A stretch of 64,000 bases of DNA from Octopus vulgaris (Eukaryota). The notes beneath the pieces were generated by a model that was given only the letters and a program-made list of their open reading frames with translations, searched no databases and was not told the origin of the DNA. The stretch spans positions 32,798,001 through 32,862,000 of the forward strand of contig OX597825.1 of assembly GCA_951406725.2 (NCBI GenBank). The letters run 5' to 3'. The translations under genes were made by a program, and so were the position numbers. Below, in pieces: positions 13,060 through 23,308 of this stretch. The first letter of the stretch is position 1. Every line of letters begins with the position of its first letter.

Positions 13060-13267
13060 CAGGGTGTCCCAGAAGTCGCGCACCATTCTGGTTTTCATCA
13101 AAATTTATTAAAACAATTTATTTTATTATATTTTTCGGCATGTTTTATTGTAGAGGGTGCTCAATTTGAGTATTTGTTATGATTAATTTCAATAACGTGT
13201 TTTTGAAATCAGTAAGGGTGTATTCTTTTAAAAAACCAGGGTGGTGCGTAACTTCTGGGACATCCTG
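13060..13267. mobile_element. Tc1/mariner-type MITE
   Basis: TIRs CAGGGTGTCCCAGAAGTCGCGCACCA and TGGTGCGTAACTTCTGGGACATCCTG. Confidence 0.85.
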
Positions 13268-13269
13268 TG

Positions 13270-13313
<44 letters not shown>

Positions 13314-13332
13314 AGTTAAAATACATCCTGTG

Positions 13333-13374
<42 letters not shown>

Positions 13375-13379
<5 letters not shown>

Positions 13380-13710
13380 GAAGGATAAAATCTATATAAG
13401 ATTTTATCGGATAACCAGCATGTAATAACCAATTAAGGTAAAAATTAATACAAAGAATATAATTTTATAAATAAAATTATAATAAGGGCAATTACAAGGT
13501 AATGCCACATGCTAGAAGAAGACGCTAAATGGCTCTAAACTACTTTATTTATCACATACACACACGTTGAATAAAGATGGATAAGGTAGCGCGTGTCTAC
13601 GTGGTAGATAAAGTAGTTTAGAGCCATTTGGCGTCTTCTTCTAGCATGTGGCATTACCTCGTAATTGCCCTTATTATAATTTTATAATCATATTTATAAA
13701 TTTATATACT
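13375..13710. mobile_element. Fold-back Penelope-like fragment with about 85-bp inverted arms
   Basis: ATAATAAGGGCAATTACAAGGTAATGCCACATGCTAGAAGAAGACGCTAAATGGCTCTAAACTACTTTAT and its near-perfect reverse complement at about 13600-13687; lies in (TA)n. Confidence 0.65.
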
Positions 13711-13711
13711 T

Positions 13712-13745
<34 letters not shown>

Positions 13746-13950
13746 CCGCGTGTGTACCGTTGGCGATTTTTTTCCTCCGCCTTCCCTTTGTGGATCTTTC
13801 CCATTCCTATGTTTCTGACGAAGAGCTCCGCTCGAAACGTTAAATCCTCCTTCTTTCTTTCCTTTCCTGAGCGTCCAATAACACGATACTTGTTCCACGT
13901 CCTCGCGTAGTTGTGTTTTCTCTATGTGTTTTCATGTTTGGATTAACTAT
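13746..13950 (+). mobile_element. Penelope-like terminal fragment carrying a minimal hammerhead motif
   Basis: Homologous to 37498-37628 and related to 41915-42122 and 62793-63010; flanked by (TA)n. Confidence 0.65.
13811..13845 (+). ncRNA. Minimal type I hammerhead ribozyme motif
   Basis: GUUU-CUGACGA-A-GAGC-UCC-GCUC-GAAA-CGUU-AAAU: core boxes, 4-bp stem II, palindromic AACGUU in place of stem III, short stem I GUUU/AAAU. Confidence 0.6.
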
Positions 13951-14432
13951 ATATATATATTCATAGTGTAATGTACAGATTCATGGAATCGAATGCCTGT
14001 CACAGAAAGGCCTTGTGAGTTGATGGAAACTGAAGCCCATTGCCGTGTGCGTGTGTTTTATTATTATTTTTTTGTTAGTTTGTTTCTCTATACATATACA
14101 GTATCTTATATATGCAAACTTGTTTAGCCCCGGGCCAAGCTGTTTACAACTTCCATGAATGTATCTGCTTATGTTGTTTACACTTACTGCATAGTGAAAT
14201 ATACGGCTTAGACAATCGTGGTTGGGGAAGGCTGCGTATGTTTTGCCTTTGTTTCTATTTTGTGTATTTCGTTGAAGTGGGTTTTATATTTGTTGATAAG
14301 ATAACAGATAGTTTTCGTTGTTGATAACTATTTGTGTGTGTGTCCGTGCGTGCGTGTGCATGTACGTGTGTGGTGTGTGCGCACCCGTGTGTGTATACAT
14401 GCCTGAATGTATGTACAAATACATATGTGCAT

Positions 14433-14654
14433 ACTCTTTTGCTCTTTTACTTGTTTCAGTCATTTGACTGCGGCCATGCTGGAGCACCGCTTTTAGTCGA
14501 GCAGATCGATCCCAGGACATATTCTTCGAAAGCCTAGTACTTATTCTATCGGTCTTTTTTGCCGAATCACTAAGTTACGGGGACCTAAACACACCAGCAT
14601 CGGTCGTCAAACGATGTTGGGGGAACAAACACAGACACACAAACATATACACGC

Positions 14655-14721
<67 letters not shown>

Positions 14722-14887
14722 CATATATACGGCGGGCTTCTTTCAGTTTCCGTCTACCAAATCCACTCTTGCAAGGGTTTGGTCGGCCCGGGACTATAGT
14801 AGAAGACACTTGCCCAAGGTGTCACGCAGTGGGAATGAACCCGAAACCATGTGGTTGGTAAGCAAACTATTTACCACACAGCCACTC
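14433..14887 (-). mobile_element. SINE family C, full length
   Basis: Reverse complement of the 15315-15740 copy, with internal (TA)n. Confidence 0.9.
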
Positions 14888-14907
14888 TATACAAACACGT
14901 GTATGTT

Positions 14908-14961
<54 letters not shown>

Positions 14962-15314
14962 CATACATGCATACATACATACATACATACATATGTGTGT
15001 GTGTGTGCGTATACATACAAACATACATACATACAAACATACATACATACATACATGCATACATACATACATACGCACATTTAGTGTTAACTGTCGGAAA
15101 ATAATATACTCAGTACCACAAGAGAGATTAATAATATATTGTAATACGGTGGAGTCTGTCTCTTGCTACTCCGAGTTTCACCTGTGGATGCACGCAATCT
15201 TCAGGGAAGTTGGTTTTCCTGTCACAGGGTGTTGTGAAGGGGGAGAAAATACGATGAAATGTGGGGGTGGGGCAGAATGGAGAGATCAAAGACAAGAAAA
15301 AGAAAGTATATGTA

Positions 15315-15474
15315 GAAGTGGCTGTGTGGTAAGTAGCTTGTTAACCAACCACATGGTTCCGGGTTCAGTCCCACTGCGTGGCATCTTGTGGCAAGTGTCT
15401 TCTGCTATAGCCCCGGGCCGACCAATGCCTTGTGAGTGGATTTGGTAGACGGAAACTGAAAGATGCCTGTTGTA

Positions 15475-15514
<40 letters not shown>

Positions 15515-15740
15515 TGTGTGTGTTTGTGTTTGTGTGTTTGTCCCCCTAGCATTGCTTGACAACCGATGCTGGTGTGTTTACGTCCCCGTCACTTAGCGGT
15601 TCGGCAAAAGAGACCGATAGAATAAATACTTGGCTTACAAAGAATAAGTCCCGGGGTCGATTTGCTCGACTAAAGGCGGTGCTCCAGCATGGCCGCAGTC
15701 AAATGACTGAAACAAGTAAAAGAGTAAAGAGTAAAAGAGT
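15315..15740 (+). mobile_element. SINE family C, full length
   Basis: GTGGCTGTGTGGTAAG (A-box) and GGGTTCAGTCCC (B-box), internal (TA)/(TG) tract, tail GGCGGTGCTCCAGCATGGCCGCAGTCAAATGACTGAAACAAG(TAAAAGAG)n. Confidence 0.9.
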
Positions 15741-15750
15741 ATGTAAGTGT

Positions 15751-15792
<42 letters not shown>

Positions 15793-16187
15793 ATGCATAC
15801 ACAATGATGCATGTCTACTACCATTCCTGTGTGCGTGTGCGTGAGTATGTCTGCGTGTGTGTGCGTTAGACGTCTGCTTCTATCAACAGAATCCCACTCT
15901 AGACACAATTACCAACCACTCCATCAAGATAGCAGCGCGTCGATCAATGGGTTTCGACGCTCTTTCGTATACACAATAAAGGTATTCTGCATGCTTGACA
16001 TGTGGCAATGAAATGCAGCGAACCTCCACATCTTACTCACATCTCTGTGTAAATCCGCCATAGCTTGGCACAATTGATTAGATATAATCTCAATATGTTT
16101 TGCTCCGAATCCATAGCAGCACTTTTAGAAATTATAAACACACAGAGAAACACGACGCCATTTTAAGGCCGCTTCTGTCATCATTAT

Positions 16188-16321
<134 letters not shown>

Positions 16322-16415
16322 CCTTTCTCTCAATGTTTGTACATTTGGCCTATACAAGTTTTTATGAGTTATGTTGGCCGGATCATATGTGCGCCCGTAT
16401 ATCTTTGTGTGTGTA

Positions 16416-16471
<56 letters not shown>

Positions 16472-16879
16472 CGCGTGTGTGTGAGTGTGTGTGTGCATGT
16501 GTGTGTGTGTGTGTCTGTCTGTGTGTGTCTGTGTATGTGTGTGTGCATGTGTGTGTGTATGTGTGTCTTACAGTCTGTATGTATATTATCGGAATGCGAA
16601 CGTGAGCTTATGTTTATTCTTAGATACGTGTACACACGTTCAATGTGCATATGTAGACGTGTGTAAATGTGCATATGCGTGCATGTCTGTGTGCATGTGT
16701 TTATGTGTGTGTGTGTGTGTGTGTGTATGTGTGTTTGTGTGTGTGTGTGTGTGTTTATGTGCTATTGCCTATATGTATGTTAGTACGTCAGTATGTGCAC
16801 TTGTTTCATTTCTATGAATGTGGTTGTTGTAGATATGGTAGCTATGTTTAAATCTGCATCTTTAATACGTATGTTTTAT

Positions 16880-16921
<42 letters not shown>

Positions 16922-17067
16922 AACCCAACGGCAGTTCACTTAGAACGACTACGGAGACAACAACAATAACAACAACAATGTCAATTTCGCCATGAACAGA
17001 ATCAGGAAACGAAGAATCGGTGCCCGGAGCAAAGTATATCGACATCTTCAGGCCGTAGTAAAGGATA

Positions 17068-17097
17068 CCATGATGATGATGATGAAGATGATGATGA

Positions 17098-17128
<31 letters not shown>

Positions 17129-17158
17129 AAGAAGAAGAAGAAGAAGAAGAAGAAGAAG

Positions 17159-17193
<35 letters not shown>

Positions 17194-17255
17194 GAAGAAG
17201 AAGAAGAAGAACAACAACAACAACAACAAGAACAGCAGCAGCAACAACAACAAAA
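17068..17255. repeat. Compound (GAT)n-(GAA)n-(CAA)n-(GAA)n-(CAA)n microsatellite
   Basis: Direct inspection. Confidence 0.9.
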
Positions 17256-17259
17256 GAAT

Positions 17260-17695
17260 CCTTCCTTATATAGGTACAAAAAATTTTAGGGAAAGGAGAT
17301 AATAGATTAAATTGACCTCAATGTTCACCACGTACTTATTTATGGACCCCTTTAAGGATGGAAGACAAGGTCGACCTCGGTAGAATTTGAACTCAGATGG
17401 TAAAGACGGACGACATGCCGCTAAGTACTTTGTCTGGCGTACTAACGATTCTGCCAGCTCATTGCCTTCATAATAATAATAATAATAATAATAATAATTC
17501 TTTTTACTAAATTTGGGAGAGGGGTCTAATCGATTATACCGACACCTGTGTTCAACTGATACTTAATTTATCGACCCTGAAAAAAATGAAAAGCTAAGTC
17601 GACCTTAGTGGGATTTGAACTTAGAACGTAGCTACAGACGAAACACCTATAAGTGTTTCGCCAGACATGCTACCGATTCTACCAGATTTTCGCTT
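17260..17695 (-). mobile_element. Two diverged SINE family B copies
   Basis: GTCGACCTCGGTAGAATTTGAACTCAG and ACGATTCTGCCAGCTC. Confidence 0.7.
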
Positions 17696-18324
17696 AGTTA
17701 AATATATGACAGAAAATGAAATATAAAACAATTCCACAAAAATGTTTACCAGAACACGTTTGGCATCAAGAGCAACAGCAAAATAATACTTTCTCAGTTG
17801 AAGTGTGAGGAGCAATTACAAAACACAACAAATTCGCAAACATTCTTCTTCACAACAACAAAAAGTTTAGGTTTGGAAGATTTTGCTGAAAGCGCTTAAA
17901 GCCTGGCAATATCTGGCCCACAAGACAGACGTCAAAATGAAGGAAACAGCGGCGGCGCTGGAACGGACGGCGGTGACAGCAATTGTGATAAATCCTTATC
18001 TGATTTGATATTACTGTCTAGGTCTTGTCCACTATTTCACTATTGTTATATTTTAGTTATTATTTCCTCTCCATATAAGCAACATACAACGCTTAACAGT
18101 CGCAGAGTGTAACAGCGCAGTCTGAAGTGACGCTCTAATTTATAAATCCGCAAACGTTACGCAACTTTTCACGGGGATTTTTGTGTTTAATGGCATTAAA
18201 AACAGAGTGATGTTGAACCATTTGTAACTGGTAGCTAAGGATTATGTGTGCGCGTGTCTGTACGTGTTTGTGTTTGTGCGTTTGTGCTTGTGTGTGTGTG
18301 TGTGTGCGTGTCTGTGTGTGTGTG

Positions 18325-19230
18325 ATTATTCAGTTTTATTTCAAGATTTCTTGTCAGTCGAGAAGGAGCCCGTTTCTTATTTCTTTATTGCCCACAAGGG
18401 GCTAAACATAGAGGGGACAAACAAGGACAGACAAAGGGATTAAGTCGATTACATCGACCCCAGTGCGTAACTGGTACTTAATTTTTCGACTCCGAAACGA
18501 TGAAAGGCAAAGTCGACCTCGGCGGAATTTGAACTCAGAACGCAAAGACAGACGAAATACCTATTTCTTTACTACCCACAATGGGCTAAACACAGATGAG
18601 ACAAACAAGGACAGACAAACGGATTAAGTCGATTACATCGACCCCAGTGCGTAACTGGTACTTAATTTATCGACCCCCGAAAGGATGAAAGGCAAAGTCG
18701 ACCTCGGCAGAATTTGAACTCAGAACGTAACGGCAGACGAAATACCGCTAAGCATTTCGCCCGGTGTGCTAACGTTTCTGCCAAAGAGCCCGTTTCTAAG
18801 CTAGATCCAAGGCTTCTTCATTGGAATTTCAACATCAACAACAGGGTATTTTTGCATATAATGTATACGTTCAATATTTTGAGTTAGTGCATGCGTAGAT
18901 TTGTATGTTTTGCTGTATGTATGTATTCTCATGCATATAGTGGCATGTCAGACATACTCATACATACGTAAATGATAAAGTTCTGGAAAGTTTTACAGAT
19001 TTTCCCAGTTCGACGGATGGCTTGCATCTGTAGTCTTCGAATCAGCTTTCTCCTTTCTGGATTTGAGAAGCCTAATTTCTCAAGATTGATACTTAAGTAG
19101 TGTGTTACATATCCCAGTGCCCCAATAGTTACTCTGGGTAGAGTAGCTGTAGATTTTTCAATAGTTCAGCGTAGGCATTTTCCTTTTCGCTGATCTTTAG
19201 CTTTATGTTAACATCCTAAATGCCTTAGGA
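18325..19230 (-). mobile_element. REL-endonuclease LINE 3' end, interrupted by the SINE dimer
   Basis: Reverse strand encodes DVNIKLKISEKENAYAELLKNLQLLYP...TIGALGYVTHYLSINLEKLGFS...ICKTFQNFII; homologous to 61400-61960. Confidence 0.7.
18378..18785 (-). mobile_element. Dimeric SINE family B with 12-bp target-site duplication
   Basis: Two units head-to-tail flanked by GAGCCCGTTTCT at 18366-18377 and 18786-18797. Confidence 0.9.
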
Positions 19231-19447
19231 ATGGTATATATCATCAAGCTATACTCAGAAACGAGTGACGATTGGCTGTAATATGAGTATATATATATAT
19301 TATGGCTGCCCCCTCGTTATCGAGTATGGCCATTGCACGAAGCTTAACTGTTGCTGGTGCTGTGATCGAATGTGACTTTTTAGCCCAGCTAAAGATCTAT
19401 AATGTCTTGTATATATATATACATACATATATATACATATATAAATA

Positions 19448-19487
<40 letters not shown>

Positions 19488-19503
19488 GTATGTATCTATA
19501 TAC

Positions 19504-19605
<102 letters not shown>

Positions 19606-19734
19606 GAGAGAGAGAGAGAGAATACGAAGGGTTTAGCTCACTAAAAGAATAGGTACGCTGAGTAAGTACTGCAGCTGAGGTTGGATCTAGAGATCCGTTG
19701 TAGCAGGTATATATATATATATATATATATAAGA

Positions 19735-19835
19735 AGAAAAAGCAACACCCAAGCAAAACTAGTATCTCAAGTCATTAATAAATTATTCTAAATGACTTGA
19801 GATACTAGTTTTACCTTGGTTTTGCTTTTTCCTCC
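19735..19835. repeat. Inverted repeat in (TA)n
   Basis: AAAACTAGTATCTCAAGTCATT / AATGACTTGAGATACTAGTTTT, 22-bp perfect arms with imperfect extension. Confidence 0.85.
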
Positions 19836-20006
19836 AATATATATACAACTTATAAATAAGGGCTAAAGAAAACTATTTCTATGCCAATATGCTGATAACA
19901 GACTTTTAAATCGTCAATTGCCACATATTATTTACTCGCTACAGAAAAACATGAAGAGCTGAAATCGAGGAAAGGCAGCCGATAGAATTTTTTTTAAAGT
20001 TCGTTA

Positions 20007-20068
20007 TTTCTATATCGAATCAATTTCGGAATTAATTTCATAATAGATTTTTTCCTCTTCAGTAGAAA
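20007..20068 (-). ncRNA. Canonical type I hammerhead ribozyme candidate
   Basis: UUUCUA-CUGAAGA-GGAA...UUCC-GAAA-UUG-AUU-CG-AUA-UAGAAA: 6-bp stem I, stem II with G10.1-C11.1, 4-bp stem III, AUA cleavage triplet. Confidence 0.75.
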
Positions 20069-20258
20069 ATACGAAAGGATATAAATAAGATACTTACATG
20101 CGCCCATGGAAAAAAGCCGAGGCAAAAATCATGAGTACATATATGTACCCCAGATATATCTAAAAATAAAATCTTTTGGTCAACCTCAGCACACGTGTGA
20201 ACTGTTCTCCACTACAGCTTATAGTGGTTACCAGTCCCTATAGCGAATAGTAATAAGT

Positions 20259-20378
20259 CTACTACTAATATAAGATGAAGCTTGTTTTACAGAAAAAAAA
20301 TTCCATCAAAAAATGCTGCCACATTGTTTGATGGAATTTTTTTTTCTGTAAAAGAAACTTCATCCTATATTAGTAGTA
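20259..20378. repeat. Inverted repeat (about 53-bp arms) abutting (TA)n
   Basis: TACTACTAATATAAGATGAAG...CAGAAAAAAAATTCCATCAAA and TTTGATGGAATTTT...CTG...CTTCATCCTATATTAGTAGTA. Confidence 0.8.
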
Positions 20379-20538
20379 TATATATATATATATATTATAT
20401 ATATAAGTTGAGTAAAAATTTAGATTCAGATGAATATAGTACTTAAGTTGAAGGCACCAGAATTTGGTATGGTATTATCCATATAATTCAAAATGGGGTG
20501 ATTATAATCAAAATAAGCAACAAGGAAATCTAAAGGTA

Positions 20539-20628
20539 ATGCAGTACGATCGTTTCATGCTACTCTGTTTAATTAAATAATGCAAGTATTACATCAGTTT
20601 TAGAATGTAGAGCAATCTTCAGCTGCAT
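20539..20628 (-). ncRNA. Type I hammerhead ribozyme candidate with palindromic stem III and long stem II loop
   Basis: AUGCAG-CUGAAGA-uUGCU...AGCAu-GAAA-CGAUC-GUA-CUGCAU; stem I AUGCAG/CUGCAU; ACGAUCGU palindrome; GUA triplet. Confidence 0.65.
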
Positions 20629-20978
20629 ATAAATATAGAATTTAGTTAAATTGAAAAGATTCCATTTTATAGTTATTCCATTTACTAACATCACAAAGAG
20701 GGTAAGTAGGTAGACAGAGAAACACGATTCATCAACAGAAACAAGGTAGTAATTAATACTTTTTCATGGAGAAACTGCTTATCATTGATTTTACTTTGCT
20801 ATTTAGATTTATTATTGGGGGAGAGGGTTTAATACTATTCTATCAGGTCTAGTGGAGACAAAAACAAGAATCTATCTTTTATAGATACTGGTCCCTGGGA
20901 GATACAGGACATGGAAGCAATGATGAAAGACAAAGACCGCTAGAGAGAACTCGTCCTTGGATCTCAGGAATTTTACCC

Positions 20979-21138
<160 letters not shown>

Positions 21139-21304
21139 TGTGTGTATGTATGTCTGTCTGTCTGTATGTATGTATGTATGCATGCATGTATGTATGTATA
21201 TACCTTCTACGGACTGCCTGAAACTTACTATTTTCCTATATCTTGATCCTTAGATCTTACCTTTACACTCACACACACACACACATGTATGTATGTACGT
21301 ACGA

Positions 21305-21430
21305 CGAGCTTCTTTAAGTTTCCGTCTACCAAATCCACTTATAAGGTTTATGTCGGCCTGAGGTGTCACGTATTAGGATTAAATTATAAACCATGTGATT
21401 GGGAAGCAAACTTACCACACTACCACTCCT
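21305..21430 (-). mobile_element. SINE family C head fragment
   Basis: TTTCCGTCTACCAAATCCAC...TTACCACAC. Confidence 0.65.
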
Positions 21431-21459
21431 GCACTTCCCACAAACACACACACACACTT

Positions 21460-21673
21460 CATTTTTCCTCTAGTTGTTTCAGTCATTTGACTGTGGCCAT
21501 GCTGGAGCACCGCGTTTAGTCGAGCAAATCGACCCCAGGACTTATTTTTTAAAACCTAGTACTTATTCTATCGGTCACTTGTGCCGAACTGCTAAGTTAC
21601 GGGAACGTAAACGCACCAACATCAGTTGTCAAGCGATGTTGGGGGGACAAACACAGACACACAAGCATATACA

Positions 21674-21707
<34 letters not shown>

Positions 21708-22148
21708 TTGTACTTGTTTCAGTCATTTGACTGCGGCCATGCTGGAGCACCGCCTTTTAGAGTGGTGAAAGAGTACAGCAGGGATCACCACCTCCTGCCG
21801 GAGCCTCGTGGAGCTTTTAGGTGTTTTTTTCGCTCAATAAACACACACAACGCCCGGTCTGGGAATCGAAACCGCGATCCTCCGACCGCAAGTCCGCTGC
21901 CCTAACCACTAGGCCATTGCGCCTCCACTAGGCCATTGCGCCATTGCGCCTCCTTTATATATATATATATATATATATAAACGTATATATGCGACGAGCT
22001 TCTTTCAGTTTCCATCTACTAAATCCACTAACAAGGCTTTGGTCGACCCGAGGCTATAGTAGAAGACATTTGCCCACGGTTCCACGCAGTGGGACTGAAC
22101 CCGTACCAATGTGGTTGGTAAGCAAGCTACTTACCACACAGCCACACC
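21460..22148 (-). mobile_element. SINE family C interrupted in its internal microsatellite by a family A SINE (about 21690-21955)
   Basis: Family C tail 21460-21690, family A copy, then family C head 21980-22148. Confidence 0.8.
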
Positions 22149-22340
22149 TTCCCATATATGTATATATATAATTTTTTTCCAGTTTATCGTTCTTCGACAC
22201 GAAAAAATTCCACAACCTTCCGTCTCAATAAACCACTATTGTCTCTGAAAGCTGTTCTTTTATATTTACTTGGGATTGCTCGAAGCTAACTTTTTTCCTA
22301 CACCTCGATCCCTAGATCTTACATTTATATATGGAATTTT

Positions 22341-22575
22341 TATTTCTTTACTACCCACAAGAGGGTAAACACAGAGGGGACAAACAAGGACAGACAAAAG
22401 GATTAAGTCGATTACATGGACCCCAGTGCGTAACTGGTACTTAATTTATCGACCCCGAAAGGATGAAAGGCAAAGTCGACCTCGGCGGAATTTGAACTCA
22501 GAACGTAACGGCAGACGAAACACGGCTACGCATTTCGCCCGGCGTGCTAACGTTTCTGCCAGCTCGCCGTCTTTG
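22341..22575 (-). mobile_element. Young SINE family B with 22-bp target-site duplication
   Basis: TTACATTTATATATGGAATTTT at 22319-22340 and 22576-22597. Confidence 0.92.
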
Positions 22576-22734
22576 TTACATTTATATATGGAATTTTACC
22601 AACATTTGGAGTGCAGGAAGTACTTGTGCAGATGAATAATTTTCAGTGGGTATAGCTTGCACTGCACTACCCCCACCTATTGGCCCAAGAAGACTTTCGC
22701 CTGTGTGACATGGAAACTGACAAAACCAGGAATT

Positions 22735-22820
22735 TCCAAGGCCTCAGGTTTTATTTCGGAGATCTCCTTCTCCTAGGTAGATTACCAACCAAGGTTAAAG
22801 AGCTTCTACCTGCCCATGAG
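22735..22820 (-). mobile_element. Possible RTE-LINE 5' region remnant
   Basis: Reverse strand GCTCTTTAACCTTGGTTGGTAATCTACCTAGGAGAAGGAG resembles a motif I recall from RTE 5' leaders (from memory, not searched). Confidence 0.4.
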
Positions 22821-22905
22821 GTAAGCTATCCCATTCCAGACACCAAACCGACACTCAGACACTCTATTAAGTGATCAAATATCACTCCGGTGACCGACGC
22901 CGAGT

Positions 22906-23308
22906 ATTCTTTTATTCTTTTATTTGTTTCAGCCATTTGACTGCGGCCATGCTGGAGCACCGCCTTTAGTCGAGCAAATCGACCCTAGAACTTATTCTTT
23001 GTAAGCCTAGTACTTATTCTATCGGTCTCTTTTTGCCGAACCGCTAAGTTACGAGGACGTAAACACACCAGCATCGGTTGTCAAGCGATGTTGGGGGGGG
23101 GGGGGACAAACACAAACATATACATACACATTTATATATATATATACGACGGGCTTCTTTCAGTTTCCGTCGAACAAATCCACTCACAAGGCTTTGGTCG
23201 ACCCGAGGCTATAGTAGAAGACACTTGCCCATGGTGCCACGCCGTGGGACTGAACTCGGAACCATGTGGTTGGTAAGCAAACTACTTACCACACAGCCAC
23301 GCCACTCC
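22906..23308 (-). mobile_element. SINE family C, full length
   Basis: Colinear with 14433-14887. Confidence 0.9.
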
